This document shows, one piece after another, positions 8,827 to 18,400 of a DNA stretch of 32,000 nt. Source of the stretch: Candidatus Electrothrix yaqonensis (GTDB lineage: Bacteria; Desulfobacterota; Desulfobulbia; Desulfobulbales; Desulfobulbaceae); contig CP178758.1 in assembly GCA_047651235.1 (NCBI GenBank), positions 1,620,001-1,652,000 on the forward strand. The letters are read 5' to 3'. The position numbers and the translations under genes are program-made. The stretch's first letter is position 1, and every line of letters starts with the position of its first letter. The notes below the pieces were generated by a model. That model had not been told where the DNA came from. It was given only the letters and a program-made list of their open reading frames with translations, and did not search any database.

Positions 8827-10671
8827 TTACTTTCTTTTTTCTGTCAAACAGCGGAATTCCACAGTCCTGACGGAAATTTTTTTTCCATTTTTCTGTTCCC
8901 TGTTCAGCAGCAGTTCCTGCGCCTGCACAAAGGAAGGAACTGCCGCATATAGAGAGGTCTCTGAACCATTTATCCGTTCTGTTGCCCAGGCAATTTCCTT
9001 GCCGTCTGCCAGCTGCAGACGCAGGGTAAAATCAGCCCGTGTGTCCTCTGGTGCGGAAAGGGTTATTTTTATTATGTACCCTGAAGCCTTTCCGCGCCTG
9101 TTCTGAACAGGCATGCGGATTGCGACGTGCAGGCCGTTCGAAGATAATGTACGGATCACATTGTCCTTTCCTATTCTTTCTGGAACAGCAGGGGGGGAGG
9201 AGTGGAATACAGCCTCCAGATAAGGTTGCCGGATACCGGACAGATTTTCCGGTGGAGGTCGCAAAAGAAACATATTCAGTATTTCCTGAATGACAAAGGT
9301 CGGTTTTTCATACGAAAAAACCTCATGCGGAAAGTTGACGACCGTCCTCCGGTTAAAGACTTTCTGAGCATGGGCACTGAAGTAGTACACTGCTTTTTCC
9401 ATAAAGGAGTCACCCAGCAGCAGGATGGAGGGAATCGGTGCAGCAGGATTACATACCGTTCTAATCTGCATACTCTCCCCCCGACTGTTGGTGATTGCGC
9501 TTTTCGGGGGATACACATCATGGATTCCCTCCGGCGGAAGATCGGCAAGACCGTACAGCGGTGTGCCCGGCTTGGGCACCATAGTCAGGTAATGTTCATT
9601 TTTATGGAGTTGTTCCGGCAGGCCGATCATGTTCATGAAGCGGTGGTGCGCCCAGTGTTCATCAATCTTCACAGTGAAATCATCAAGCAGAACCGGATCA
9701 AGGGGATAATCCGGAAAAAAACGTTCCATTTTTCTGATGATCTCCTGATAGGCCACCAGAGATCCGTAAAAATTCCAGTGAAAATCCGTCTTGTAGAAGA
9801 GGAGCGGGTAGTCGCGCTTTTTTTTCTCTTCCAACAGGGCGGGCAGCAGATCAACAAAGTGAACTTGGGCATTTTCACGCAAGTAGGAACTCAGCTGTTC
9901 ATAGCGTCGAGTTCCTTTTGCCAGCTTCTGCAGGGAGTCGGGAAGAAATTCCGGGTAGACCAGGGCCTTGGTGGGAGCCAGGACAAAAACGTACTCGATC
10001 CCCTGCTGCTTCAGCCAGTAACTTCGTTCTTCAAGGGTCTGTTTCCATTTCCACAGTTCCAGCTCGGAAAAGGGATACATACCCATGTAGTCGGCAATAT
10101 TATCAAACTGTTCAACAATTCCCTGTTCGACTTTGCGGTCCCCATATCCTTCAAAGAAGAAACCGTTTTTTCCCAAGGCGATGTTGGGGTTCGGCGAAAC
10201 CCTGAGCAGGTATATCTTGACCAGGGCGTTGAGATGAATGAAATGCTTGGACAGGATGCTGTTGTTCTGCCAATACAATTGATAGGTTCCGGGAAATTCC
10301 CTGAGTACATCTGTAAGAGAAGCGGCGTTTTTTTCTCTCACCCGCTGCAGATATTCGGTTACTTTAACAAAACTTGTGCCAATCCGGGAAGTATGCGACA
10401 GGATCGGGTAGAACAGAACGCCGCAGAACAGAGCAATGAGCAGCAGATGTGCCGGGCGCCAGTCAGAATCAGTCCGCAGCCGCGAATTGATGAGCAGACC
10501 AAAAACTGCTGCTGTCAGCAGAATGAATAGTATTCTGGTGAATAATTTCGAAGACGACCCTGCTGCCAGGTCGACGGACATTTTTTCCCAATTTGCGGCT
10601 GTCAACAGAACGACCGGCAGAAGGCTGACGATACTCCGAACCAGCATATCTTTTGTTGTTTTGCTGATCAT
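8827..10671 (-). CDS. AlgX/AlgJ-type (DHHW/SGNH-like) polysaccharide O-acetyltransferase with N-terminal TM helices and a C-terminal beta domain
   Basis: LFYKTDFHWN matches the AlgJ/AlgX D-x-H-W catalytic motif. The start overlaps the stop of the upstream MBOAT gene (ATGA). About 3-4 N-terminal TM helices are present. Confidence 0.65.
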   Translation of the reverse strand: MISKTTKDMLVRSIVSLLPVVLLTAANWEKMSVDLAAGSSSKLFTRILFILLTAAVFGLLINSRLRTDSDWRPAHLLLIALFCGVLFYPILSHTSRIGTSFVKVTEYLQRVREKNAASLTDVLREFPGTYQLYWQNNSILSKHFIHLNALVKIYLLRVSPNPNIALGKNGFFFEGYGDRKVEQGIVEQFDNIADYMGMYPFSELELWKWKQTLEERSYWLKQQGIEYVFVLAPTKALVYPEFLPDSLQKLAKGTRRYEQLSSYLRENAQVHFVDLLPALLEEKKKRDYPLLFYKTDFHWNFYGSLVAYQEIIRKMERFFPDYPLDPVLLDDFTVKIDEHWAHHRFMNMIGLPEQLHKNEHYLTMVPKPGTPLYGLADLPPEGIHDVYPPKSAITNSRGESMQIRTVCNPAAPIPSILLLGDSFMEKAVYYFSAHAQKVFNRRTVVNFPHEVFSYEKPTFVIQEILNMFLLRPPPENLSGIRQPYLEAVFHSSPPAVPERIGKDNVIRTLSSNGLHVAIRMPVQNRRGKASGYIIKITLSAPEDTRADFTLRLQLADGKEIAWATERINGSETSLYAAVPSFVQAQELLLNREQKNGKKISVRTVEFRCLTEKRK

Positions 10672-12140
10672 CAGAAGCGGAAATAAAGAAAAGGATTATA
10701 CGAACCGCCCATAATCCCGGCAATGGAATACAGGAGGATGAAGCTGAGCCCGGCAATCTGCACGGTCGCCATAACAACGCCTCCCAGGGGATCAGCAGGC
10801 TCTCTTCTGGTGGATTCGGCAGAGCTGGTGTGCTTTCCGATTTTTTTCGCTATGCTTTGCAGCAGAGGAAGAGAACCGAGAATGCCTGCAACCAGAGTCA
10901 GCTTGAATTCGTTGTTGATCAGCAGAAATATTTGGGAATTATAGATTGGCGCTCTACCCGGAGTACACATCGCCTGGAGGTAGGCCAGGGCAGCAGAAAA
11001 ATTTTCCGCCCGGAAGATGACCCAGCCGAAAATAATCACAGATAGGGCATAGAGATGATGAACAGGCCGGGGCAGTTTTTCCAGGAACCGGGCTGCAGGC
11101 CTGGTGCGCTCCAGAACGAGAAAGAGACCGTGATACAGACCCCAGACAGCAAAGGTCCAGCTGGCACCATGCCAGAGACCGCAGAGCAAAAAGACAACAA
11201 GCAGATTGAAATATGTTCTGCCTGCAGAACCTCTGCTGCCGCCCAAGGGGATATAGAGATAATCCCTGAACCAGGTGGACAGGGAAATATGCCACCGCCG
11301 CCAGAATTCTCTGATGGAGCTGGAGATATAAGGATAATTAAAATTTTCCGGAAAATGGAATCCGAACATCCGGCCGAGGCCGATGGCCATATCAGAGTAG
11401 CCGGAAAAATCGAAATATATCTGCAGGGTATAGGAGAGAGCTCCCAGCCAGGCCAGAGAGGCGGGCAGCTTGTCTGGAGGTAGGGAAAAGAGGTAGTCTG
11501 CGGTCCGGCCGAGCACATTGGCAATGAGCACCTTTTTGCCCAGTCCGATAATAAAGCGGCGGATTCCGCTGGCCAAATCTTCCACTGTCGTCCGCCGGGA
11601 GATGATCTGTCTGGCGACATCATGGTAGCGGACAATAGGCCCGGCAATGAGCTGGGGAAACAGCGAGATATAGAGAGCTATATTGATCGGATTTTTCTGC
11701 ACCTTGGATTCACCCCGGTACAGGTCGATCACGTAGGACATGGCCTGAAAGGTAAAAAAGGAAATTCCGATGGGCAGATGCACCTGCGGAAGACCGAGCG
11801 GATCAAGGTGCAGGTGCCGGAGCACGGTATTGAGGTTGGCAACAAGAAAATCCGCATACTTGAAAAATCCGAGAAGCAGCAGGTTGATGGTCACTGCCGT
11901 GCCCAATGCAGCCTTGCCGGTTTTCTCTTGCTGCCGCGCCCGGTCAATGAGCAGGCCAAAGCTGTAGTTCACCAGGATGGAACAGAGCATGAGCAGGACA
12001 TACACTGTCTCTCCCCAAGCATAAAAGAACAGGCTGGCAAGGAGCAGGACAATATTGCGCATTGTTCTGCCAGCCAGAAAATACGCAGCAAGGACAAGCG
12101 GCAAGAAGAGAAACAGAAAAAGCGTGGAACTGAAAACCAT
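10671..12140 (-). CDS. MBOAT-family membrane O-acyltransferase (AlgI/PatA/DltB-like)
   Basis: MVFSSTLFLFLFLPLVLAAYFL is the canonical AlgI-like N-terminus. FWRRWHISLSTWFRDYLYIPLGGSR and GLWHGASW contain the conserved His. Confidence 0.85.
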   Translation of the reverse strand: MVFSSTLFLFLFLPLVLAAYFLAGRTMRNIVLLLASLFFYAWGETVYVLLMLCSILVNYSFGLLIDRARQQEKTGKAALGTAVTINLLLLGFFKYADFLVANLNTVLRHLHLDPLGLPQVHLPIGISFFTFQAMSYVIDLYRGESKVQKNPINIALYISLFPQLIAGPIVRYHDVARQIISRRTTVEDLASGIRRFIIGLGKKVLIANVLGRTADYLFSLPPDKLPASLAWLGALSYTLQIYFDFSGYSDMAIGLGRMFGFHFPENFNYPYISSSIREFWRRWHISLSTWFRDYLYIPLGGSRGSAGRTYFNLLVVFLLCGLWHGASWTFAVWGLYHGLFLVLERTRPAARFLEKLPRPVHHLYALSVIIFGWVIFRAENFSAALAYLQAMCTPGRAPIYNSQIFLLINNEFKLTLVAGILGSLPLLQSIAKKIGKHTSSAESTRREPADPLGGVVMATVQIAGLSFILLYSIAGIMGGSYNPFLYFRF

Positions 12141-12215
12141 GTCAGGGCAGTGAGCGCAGAGTGATGGAATATAGAAATGACATGTTGAGCCGGGCAGAGG
12201 AGAGGACGGATAGGG

Positions 12216-14150
12216 TCAGTCGCGGAGACCGCTTGCCTGGCGCAGCCTTTCCGTGACAGCGGCAAGATCAAGCTGCTCTATGTAAAGCTGATGCCAGATC
12301 TCCATGTTGAGCAGCATCCAGAGACGGACATGGTTGTCGTTTCGGTTGTTCCGATGCTCTTCCACCAGCTGAATTATATAGTCGCGATCAAACACGCCTT
12401 CCCGGACAAAAAAAGAATTCTCCAGGGTAGTGCGGACAAACTCGTACAGTTCATTCCGGAACCAGTAGGCCACAGGAAACATGAAACCCTGTTTTTTTCT
12501 GCCCGTGATTTCAGGGGGCAGCAGTTTTTCGGCAAATTTCCGCAGAATGTATTTCAGCTGCCGTCCCTTTATTTTCAGGTTGCTGGGAAATTTCGCCAGA
12601 TACTCCACCAACTCATGGTCGAGGAACGGTGAGCGGGCTTCCAAGCTGAAGGCCATGTTCATGCGGTCGGTGAGCATCAAGGTATGCTCGGACAGCCGAG
12701 TCATAAAATCGGCATAGAGCATCCGGTCAATGGGGTCTTCGGCATTGGGCTTATTGTACTGTTCCACAATGACCTGATTGGAATCAATATCCTGCAGCTC
12801 CTGCCAGATATCTGCGGCAAACAGCTCCTGTTTCTGGGCATGACTGAAGCGGAAAAACGCAGTGGCTTCCGCGTAGCGTTCGCCTTCGGTAAAGTCGGAT
12901 AACTGATCCATCCAGCGCAGTTTCTGGACCAGACTTTTGTAGGTGAAGCTATCCGGCAGGGCTTTGAATAGCGGACGCAGGATGCGGTGGCGGAGAAAAG
13001 CGGGCAGCATGGTATACAGGTTGATGTAGCCCACCCCCATATAGCGGTCAAAACCGGCAAAGAGTTCATCCCCGCCGTCTCCTCCCATAACCACCTTGAC
13101 ATGCTGACCGGCCAGTTTGGCAGACTGGTACATACAGGCGGCAATGGAGTCTGAGGGCTCATCAAGATGCCAGACGATTTTCGGCAGCAGCTCGATGAGA
13201 TTTGCCGACACCACCTCCTCCGTGTGCACGGTGCTGAATTTATCCGCAACAATGCGGGCAAAGGGCAGTTCATTAAAGTCCTGCTCTTTGACGCCCACAG
13301 CAAAGGTCGGAAAGGGTTCTTTTTGTATCCCGGCCATCAGGGCAACAACCGTGCTTGTGTCCATGCCGCCGCTCAGAAACGCGCCCACCGGCACGTCGCT
13401 GATCAGATGGGAATCAACAGCACGGGTCAGTTCCTGTTCAAGACCTGTGAGCAAGTTTTCTTCAGAACCCTGCAGTTTGCTTCTGTATGTCAGGTCCCAG
13501 TAGCGGCTGATACGGCAGGTGCCGTCGGAATACACCAAGGTATGGCCCGGAGGAAGTTTCTTGATCCCCTTGAACATGGTGTGGGGCGGCGGGATGAACC
13601 TGAGCGAGAGGTAATGGTGCACAGCCTCGAAGTTCACCTCCCGTTGTATATTTTCTGCCGCCAGAATGCTTTTGACTTCCGAGGCAAAAACGAACTCATT
13701 GTTTTGTTCGGAATAAAACAGGGGCTTCTGACCGATCCGGTCCCGAGCGAGCAGCAGGCTTTCTTTTTTTTCATCCCAGATGGCAAAGGCGAACATGCCG
13801 TTCAGACGCTGCACGCAGTGCTCACCGATTTCTTCATACAGATGAAGAATCACCTCGGTGTCTGTCGCTGTTTTGAACCGGTGCCCCTGGGCTTCCAGCT
13901 CTTTTTTCAGTGCCGGGAAATTATAGATTTCACCGTTAAAGACAATCCAGATGCTCTCATCTTCATTGGCGATCGGCTGATGACCGGTGGAAAGGTCAAT
14001 AATGCTGAGACGCCGGTGTCCGAGTCCCACCTGTCCGTGAATATAAAATCCTTCATCATCGGGACCCCGATGCCTGATCTGATCGGCCATCTGCCGCAGT
14101 TCAGGCAGGGCAATATCGGTTCTGCCGATTTTTCCGCATATGCCGCACAT
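12216..14150 (-). CDS. asnB: asparagine synthase (glutamine-hydrolysing) family amidotransferase
   Basis: N-terminal MCGICG is the Ntn-type glutaminase Cys2. SGGMDTS is the PP-loop. At 644 aa it lies 75 nt upstream of, and co-directional with, the MBOAT gene. Confidence 0.8.
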   Translation of the reverse strand: MCGICGKIGRTDIALPELRQMADQIRHRGPDDEGFYIHGQVGLGHRRLSIIDLSTGHQPIANEDESIWIVFNGEIYNFPALKKELEAQGHRFKTATDTEVILHLYEEIGEHCVQRLNGMFAFAIWDEKKESLLLARDRIGQKPLFYSEQNNEFVFASEVKSILAAENIQREVNFEAVHHYLSLRFIPPPHTMFKGIKKLPPGHTLVYSDGTCRISRYWDLTYRSKLQGSEENLLTGLEQELTRAVDSHLISDVPVGAFLSGGMDTSTVVALMAGIQKEPFPTFAVGVKEQDFNELPFARIVADKFSTVHTEEVVSANLIELLPKIVWHLDEPSDSIAACMYQSAKLAGQHVKVVMGGDGGDELFAGFDRYMGVGYINLYTMLPAFLRHRILRPLFKALPDSFTYKSLVQKLRWMDQLSDFTEGERYAEATAFFRFSHAQKQELFAADIWQELQDIDSNQVIVEQYNKPNAEDPIDRMLYADFMTRLSEHTLMLTDRMNMAFSLEARSPFLDHELVEYLAKFPSNLKIKGRQLKYILRKFAEKLLPPEITGRKKQGFMFPVAYWFRNELYEFVRTTLENSFFVREGVFDRDYIIQLVEEHRNNRNDNHVRLWMLLNMEIWHQLYIEQLDLAAVTERLRQASGLRD

Positions 14151-14470
14151 ATATAAAAAAACTTCCTCTCCGGGAGTGAACCGGGTCGCTGGAATCTTCC
14201 GGTAATTTTTCTTTTTTTTTCTTGTATAGATGCAGTGTGCCGTGAAGATGCCTGTCAGCTGGTGAACTGAACAGGCATCTTCAGCGATGTACTATGCACG
14301 ATGGAATGCGGTGTGTCAAGACAGGACGCAAAAACAGGATGAATTCCTGCATGAAAGCAAGAATGCCCCGCGCTTCAACGCAGGGCATTATCGGTGAGAG
14401 GTTTACTTCGTTCCGGTGCTGAGTGGGCAAGTTAGAATATACAATCAATCAGAGGGACACACATATCAAC

Positions 14471-14926
14471 TCAGTTTGCCACATGCTCCGTGATCAGCCT
14501 TCCTAACATCCAAGGATCAAGCCAAGTTCCCCGAGGAGAATGAGCCTGATACAGGAAAACCCCATCGACCTGACTTAATGCGTATTTATTTAAACCGGTA
14601 TCCTCATGCCATGTTACGGATCTGGTATTGCAATCAATACCAGATCCGTCAAGTCCGTAACGGTTTGTTTTTGTTATGTGTAGAATCAATCCCTGTGCAT
14701 CATACAAAGCTGCCCATACTGCACCGTAAAAGCCTGCAACCTGGCACGCTTTTAATGTCGTTTCCCCTTCAACACGACCGTCTTTCGAAACCATCACACT
14801 GGATTGCATATGCCAGCCGTTGCCGACTTCAGTACCCAGACTTGTCTGAAGAGGAAAATTCGCTGCTCCTACCGAAGAAGCGAGAAATAAAACAAAGAAC
14901 ACAGGAACGTATACATACATTTTCAT
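14471..14926 (-). CDS. hypothetical secreted protein
   Basis: There is a strong SD (AAGGAGG, 5 nt spacer), the signal peptide MKMYVYVPVFFVLFLASSVGAA, and a dedicated promoter upstream. No family was recognised. Confidence 0.6.
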   Translation of the reverse strand: MKMYVYVPVFFVLFLASSVGAANFPLQTSLGTEVGNGWHMQSSVMVSKDGRVEGETTLKACQVAGFYGAVWAALYDAQGLILHITKTNRYGLDGSGIDCNTRSVTWHEDTGLNKYALSQVDGVFLYQAHSPRGTWLDPWMLGRLITEHVAN

Positions 14927-14961
14927 AGTTGCCTCCTTTTTATTTGATTATCATTACTATT

Positions 14962-14989
14962 ATTATACGCTCCTCAGAGGAAAAATCAA
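14962..14989 (-). promoter_or_regulatory. sigma70-type promoter of the 14471-14926 gene
   Basis: In the minus sense: TTGATT (14989-14984), a 16-nt spacer, TATAAT (14967-14962). It is followed upstream by the A-tract repeats AAAAAGATCAAAAAAAGATCAAAAAAAGG (15001-15029), which are UP-element-like. Confidence 0.5.
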
Positions 14990-15592
14990 AAAGAAAATGA
15001 AAAAAGATCAAAAAAAGATCAAAAAAAGGCTGCAGGAAAAATCCAACAGCCCTCATAAAGGATAAAACCAAATAATACTGAATACAAACAGGACTTTTCA
15101 AGAAGTATGCTGCGCCAATCTTCTTACGGGAATACTGATCATGGAGATCCGAATTTTCACTCAAATTCTCCACCCGCTGATGGAGAGGAGAGCCCGAATA
15201 TCCGGTATCATCTTACGTTCAAACAGCTCTGACTGCTGAATTTCCCGGCGGACAGCCGGAGTGCTCCGCACTCTCTCTTTTATGCAATGCGATATTTATG
15301 ATGATAAAACGGTCAGTTTATGCTCTGATAAAGGATGTGATCCGTTCGCGGGCTTGGGAGGCCAGCTTCTTGCGGGTATCTTATCACACGGGACGCGACA
15401 AGCATGACAACTCAGCGGAATCCGGGCTGCCCATTTTTTTGGGGAAAAGCCTGATAAAGCGGGGATGGGGACGCAACAGTATAGCGACCGATTGATCAGC
15501 ACAGTGAATTGAGGGATGCTTTGATACTGTGTCCCCTGCAACAAGAGGTAGTTTTTTGCTTCTCGGAACAGATTTTACAGGTATGATGACAT

Positions 15593-16285
15593 ATGGATAT
15601 TTTTACCTTTCCTGATCGGGGAAAGCTGATTGCTGCACTAAGCGACCGCATCGGAACTGCGTTGAGCCGAAGCATCTCCAAACAGGGACGGGCCAGCCTG
15701 GCTGTTTCCGGCGGTTCCACACCGAAACCTCTGTTCAGACAGCTCTCCGGGCTGGACCTTCTTTGGCAGCAGGTGGTGGTTACGTTGGTGGATGAACGCT
15801 GGGTTGATCCCGGCGGTTCCGATTCCAACGAGCAGCTGGTCCGACAGCATCTTCTGCAGAACAGGGCGGCAGCAGCCGGGTTTATCGGCCTGAAAAACGC
15901 AGCGCCCAGCGCAGATCAGGGCGAGGCCGAATGTGAACGCCACCTGCAGGAAGTTCCCCGCCCGTTCACAATCCTTATTCTCGGCATGGGCAATGACGGC
16001 CATACCGCCTCTCTGTTTCCGGGTGCGGACCGGCTTGCTGCAGCAACAGATATGGATTCCGGCAGAATCTGTATGGCTGTCACGCCGAAGACCGCACCCC
16101 ATGCGCGCATGACCCTGACCCTGCCTGCCATTCTGGATGCGGAAGAGATTCTCCTTCACATCACCGGGCCGGACAAGAAGGCGGTGCTGGATAAAGCACT
16201 GACTGACGGCCCGCCGGAGGTCATGCCGATCCGCTATGTCCTCCGGCAGCAGACAACGCCGGTCACAGTGTACTGGGCGGCGTAG
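15593..16285 (+). CDS. pgl: 6-phosphogluconolactonase
   Basis: SGGSTPKPLF, VDERWV and LGMGNDGHTASLFPG are the signature motifs. Confidence 0.85.
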   Translation: MDIFTFPDRGKLIAALSDRIGTALSRSISKQGRASLAVSGGSTPKPLFRQLSGLDLLWQQVVVTLVDERWVDPGGSDSNEQLVRQHLLQNRAAAAGFIGLKNAAPSADQGEAECERHLQEVPRPFTILILGMGNDGHTASLFPGADRLAAATDMDSGRICMAVTPKTAPHARMTLTLPAILDAEEILLHITGPDKKAVLDKALTDGPPEVMPIRYVLRQQTTPVTVYWAA

Positions 16286-16359
16286 CGAGCGGAAGAAAAC
16301 GGAACAGATTCCCGCTTCAGGTCAGGGAACAAGGGGCCTGAGGCGGTCGGCAATGCGTA

Positions 16360-16776
16360 TCATCCGGCTTCCTGTTCCGCCGTCCGTTCAAGATGGTAGG
16401 TGACAAAGGAACGCAGTGTCTGCCGCTGCTCTTCGGACAGCGAGGTGAAACACATGCCCAACAACACGTGCTCCAGATATTCATTATCCATAAGCCAGGC
16501 AATACGCATTGAGATATCAGTTAGCGCCTCCAGTTCCGGTACCCCTGTAATGCTGGTCAGGATAAAGGTATTTCCTGTCTGTACTTCCGGCAGCTCTTCT
16601 CTTTTTATGGAAAGCTGCAGGCCTCCCTCGCTCAGATTCAGCACGGAGGAAGAAAAATTCTGCTTCGTTTCCGGGGCATCCGGCACAGTGATGCCTGCCT
16701 GCACCTTATTGTCCTTATTAAAGATAATTCTTGTATAATGCCGTTTTTCCGGTATATATTCTGTCATACTTTCCAT
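16360..16776 (-). CDS. PilZ-domain (c-di-GMP binding) protein
   Basis: KRHYTR matches RxxxR and LNLSEGGLQL matches (D/N)xSxxG. The start is ambiguous: ATG at 16776 places RxxxR near the N-terminus, but the ORF is open to 16845. Confidence 0.6.
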   Translation of the reverse strand: MESMTEYIPEKRHYTRIIFNKDNKVQAGITVPDAPETKQNFSSSVLNLSEGGLQLSIKREELPEVQTGNTFILTSITGVPELEALTDISMRIAWLMDNEYLEHVLLGMCFTSLSEEQRQTLRSFVTYHLERTAEQEAG

Positions 16777-16957
16777 TGTATTCTGTTCTGTTGATATTGG
16801 CTTTTTATACGACGTCAGTCTGCTGAGATATGAAAGAAACGTCATTCGGTCACCGTTTTTTCTGAAACGTACTGTTGTTGATTCTGATTCACATTACTGG
16901 ATCATACCGGATCAGCTGCAGGATACGGCAAAAAAGCTGTCAGTGCCAAGAGAAACT

Positions 16958-18373
16958 TCACTGTACCCATTCCACTAACTGCTGAAACAGTTTTTCCCGA
17001 TCTTCCGGCATTCCCTGCTGCAGCATATCCTCCAGAATATGCCGGTACCGGTCCAGGGTGAGCTCATTGCCGAATGCACCGGTCAGCAGGCGGTCCTCAC
17101 AAAACTGCCGCCACTGATTTGCTTCCTGCGCATTCAGGGTCTCCGGCCAGTTTCTGGCCCGATAGCGGAAATACAGGGTCTGCAGGCGGGTGTCCTCAAA
17201 GGGCGGCTCCCATTCCGCCAGCTGCTCAGGCGACTTCTGCAGCAGGATATTGCAGATCCGGCGGTCTTTGTCCGAGATAAAGCTGCCATACAGAGCAGTA
17301 TCCGCATCCAAGGGGCCGGTTTCCGGCACCTGCAGATACAGTTCTGTCAGCCGTTCGCTCAGAGTTGCATCGGCCAGCAGCTGCTCACGGTGCTGCGCAA
17401 CCTGCTGCCAGTCAACCTGCCAGCGTTCAGCTAATTCCGGAGTCAGGGTGCTGACCGGAGCCAGAGCCGGGGATTTGTTCAGATGCACCCCTTTCAGGGC
17501 AATCCGTTCAACATCTTCCGGCAGATCTGCACTGCGGGTGTACAGATTTTCCGCCATCTCGTCTGCTGTCATCTGCAGCAGGACCTGTGGATCCCGGCGC
17601 AGGTCATAGACAATAATTTCGTTCCTGTTCCGAGGATGCTGGAGCAGGGGGATAACCGGAGCCATGCAGCCTTGGGCGGCAGGGTACATCCCGCTGACGT
17701 GCAAAACAACTTCGCGGGTCCGCAGGTCGAGCATCCGGGCTGCTTCCTGTTTGTTCCGCAGATTGAAAAAAAAAGCATACAAACGGGGCTTCAGACGTCT
17801 GATCAGCCGTGCAAGATCAATGGTTGCCCGGACATCGGACATGGCATCATGGGCACCGTTATGCTCGATGTTATTGGCTGCGGTGAGCAGGTCCAGTCTG
17901 AAGCTGACGCCGTCCCCGGTTTCCGGCCAGTTGATATCCTCCGGCCGCAGGGCATAGGCCATGCGCAGCAGATCAACGATATCCCAGCGGCTATTGCCGT
18001 TCTGCCATTCACGGGCATACGGATCAAAAAAATTCCGGTAAAAACCGAACCGGGTTATTTCATCATCAAAACGGATGGAGTTATACCCCACGCCGCAGGT
18101 TCCCGGCTCGGAAAAAGCCTGATAAATGCGGCGGAAAAATTCGGCCTCGTTCTGCCCTTGTGCTGCTGCCTCCTGGGGTGCGATACCGGTCACCATGACC
18201 GCTTCCGGATGCGGAAGAAAGTCATCACCCGGACGGCAGTACAGCATGATCGGCTCCCCGATTTCTCGCAGCTCTTCGTCCGTGCGGACTGCAGCGAACT
18301 GGGCAGGTCTGTCCCTGCGGGGATCAAGTCCCCACGTCTCGTAATCATGCCATAAAAAGGTCATTCCGGCCAC
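16958..18373 (-). CDS. sbcB: exodeoxyribonuclease I
   Basis: FLWHDYETWGLDPRRDRPAQFAAVRTD is the DEDDh ExoI N-terminus, with H-x4-D (HDAMSD), and the ~470-aa length fits. The start is GTG 18373 or ATG 18364. Confidence 0.85.
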   Translation of the reverse strand: MAGMTFLWHDYETWGLDPRRDRPAQFAAVRTDEELREIGEPIMLYCRPGDDFLPHPEAVMVTGIAPQEAAAQGQNEAEFFRRIYQAFSEPGTCGVGYNSIRFDDEITRFGFYRNFFDPYAREWQNGNSRWDIVDLLRMAYALRPEDINWPETGDGVSFRLDLLTAANNIEHNGAHDAMSDVRATIDLARLIRRLKPRLYAFFFNLRNKQEAARMLDLRTREVVLHVSGMYPAAQGCMAPVIPLLQHPRNRNEIIVYDLRRDPQVLLQMTADEMAENLYTRSADLPEDVERIALKGVHLNKSPALAPVSTLTPELAERWQVDWQQVAQHREQLLADATLSERLTELYLQVPETGPLDADTALYGSFISDKDRRICNILLQKSPEQLAEWEPPFEDTRLQTLYFRYRARNWPETLNAQEANQWRQFCEDRLLTGAFGNELTLDRYRHILEDMLQQGMPEDREKLFQQLVEWVQ

Positions 18374-18400
18374 TGTATTCCTTTTTTTTCCGGCAGAATA

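Noticed and set aside
8612-9106. A 164-aa plus-strand ORF spanning the lipoprotein/acetyltransferase gap
   Set aside because: It mostly overlaps the 3' end of the AlgX/AlgJ-like gene in antisense. The gap itself is better read as the promoter region of the lipoprotein operon.
9202-10530. A 442-aa ORF on the plus strand
   Set aside because: It is a shadow ORF antisense to the AlgX/AlgJ-like gene, which has the FHW catalytic motif and an ATGA overlap with the MBOAT gene. The composition is low-complexity.
13167-14156. A 329-aa ORF on the plus strand (and the smaller ORFs at 12291-12902)
   Set aside because: They are antisense to the asparagine-synthase-family gene, whose MCGICG N-terminus and PP-loop are unambiguous.
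14400-14470. A TTCTAAC (R''-like) heptamer downstream of the AT-richer 151-aa gene, considered as a second attC-bearing cassette
   Set aside because: No complementary GTTAGAA-type R' box and no L''/L' dyad were found within 150 nt. The nearby hairpin AATGCCCcGCG...CGCaGGGCATT (14362-14390) lacks attC box structure and looks like a simple 3' stem-loop.
14940-15173. A 77-aa minus-strand ORF, with the tandem AAAAAGATCAAAAAAAGATCAAAAAAAGG
   Set aside because: The translation is low-complexity and AT-rich (poly-Phe/Leu/Ile). The region is better explained as the promoter/UP-element of the 14471-14926 gene. The short tandem repeat has two units only and no spacer structure, so it is not a CRISPR array.
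17483-18355. A 290-aa plus-strand ORF (and several 60-140-aa ORFs between 17039 and 18344)
   Set aside because: They are antisense shadows of sbcB in GC-rich coding DNA. No motifs or start signals are present.
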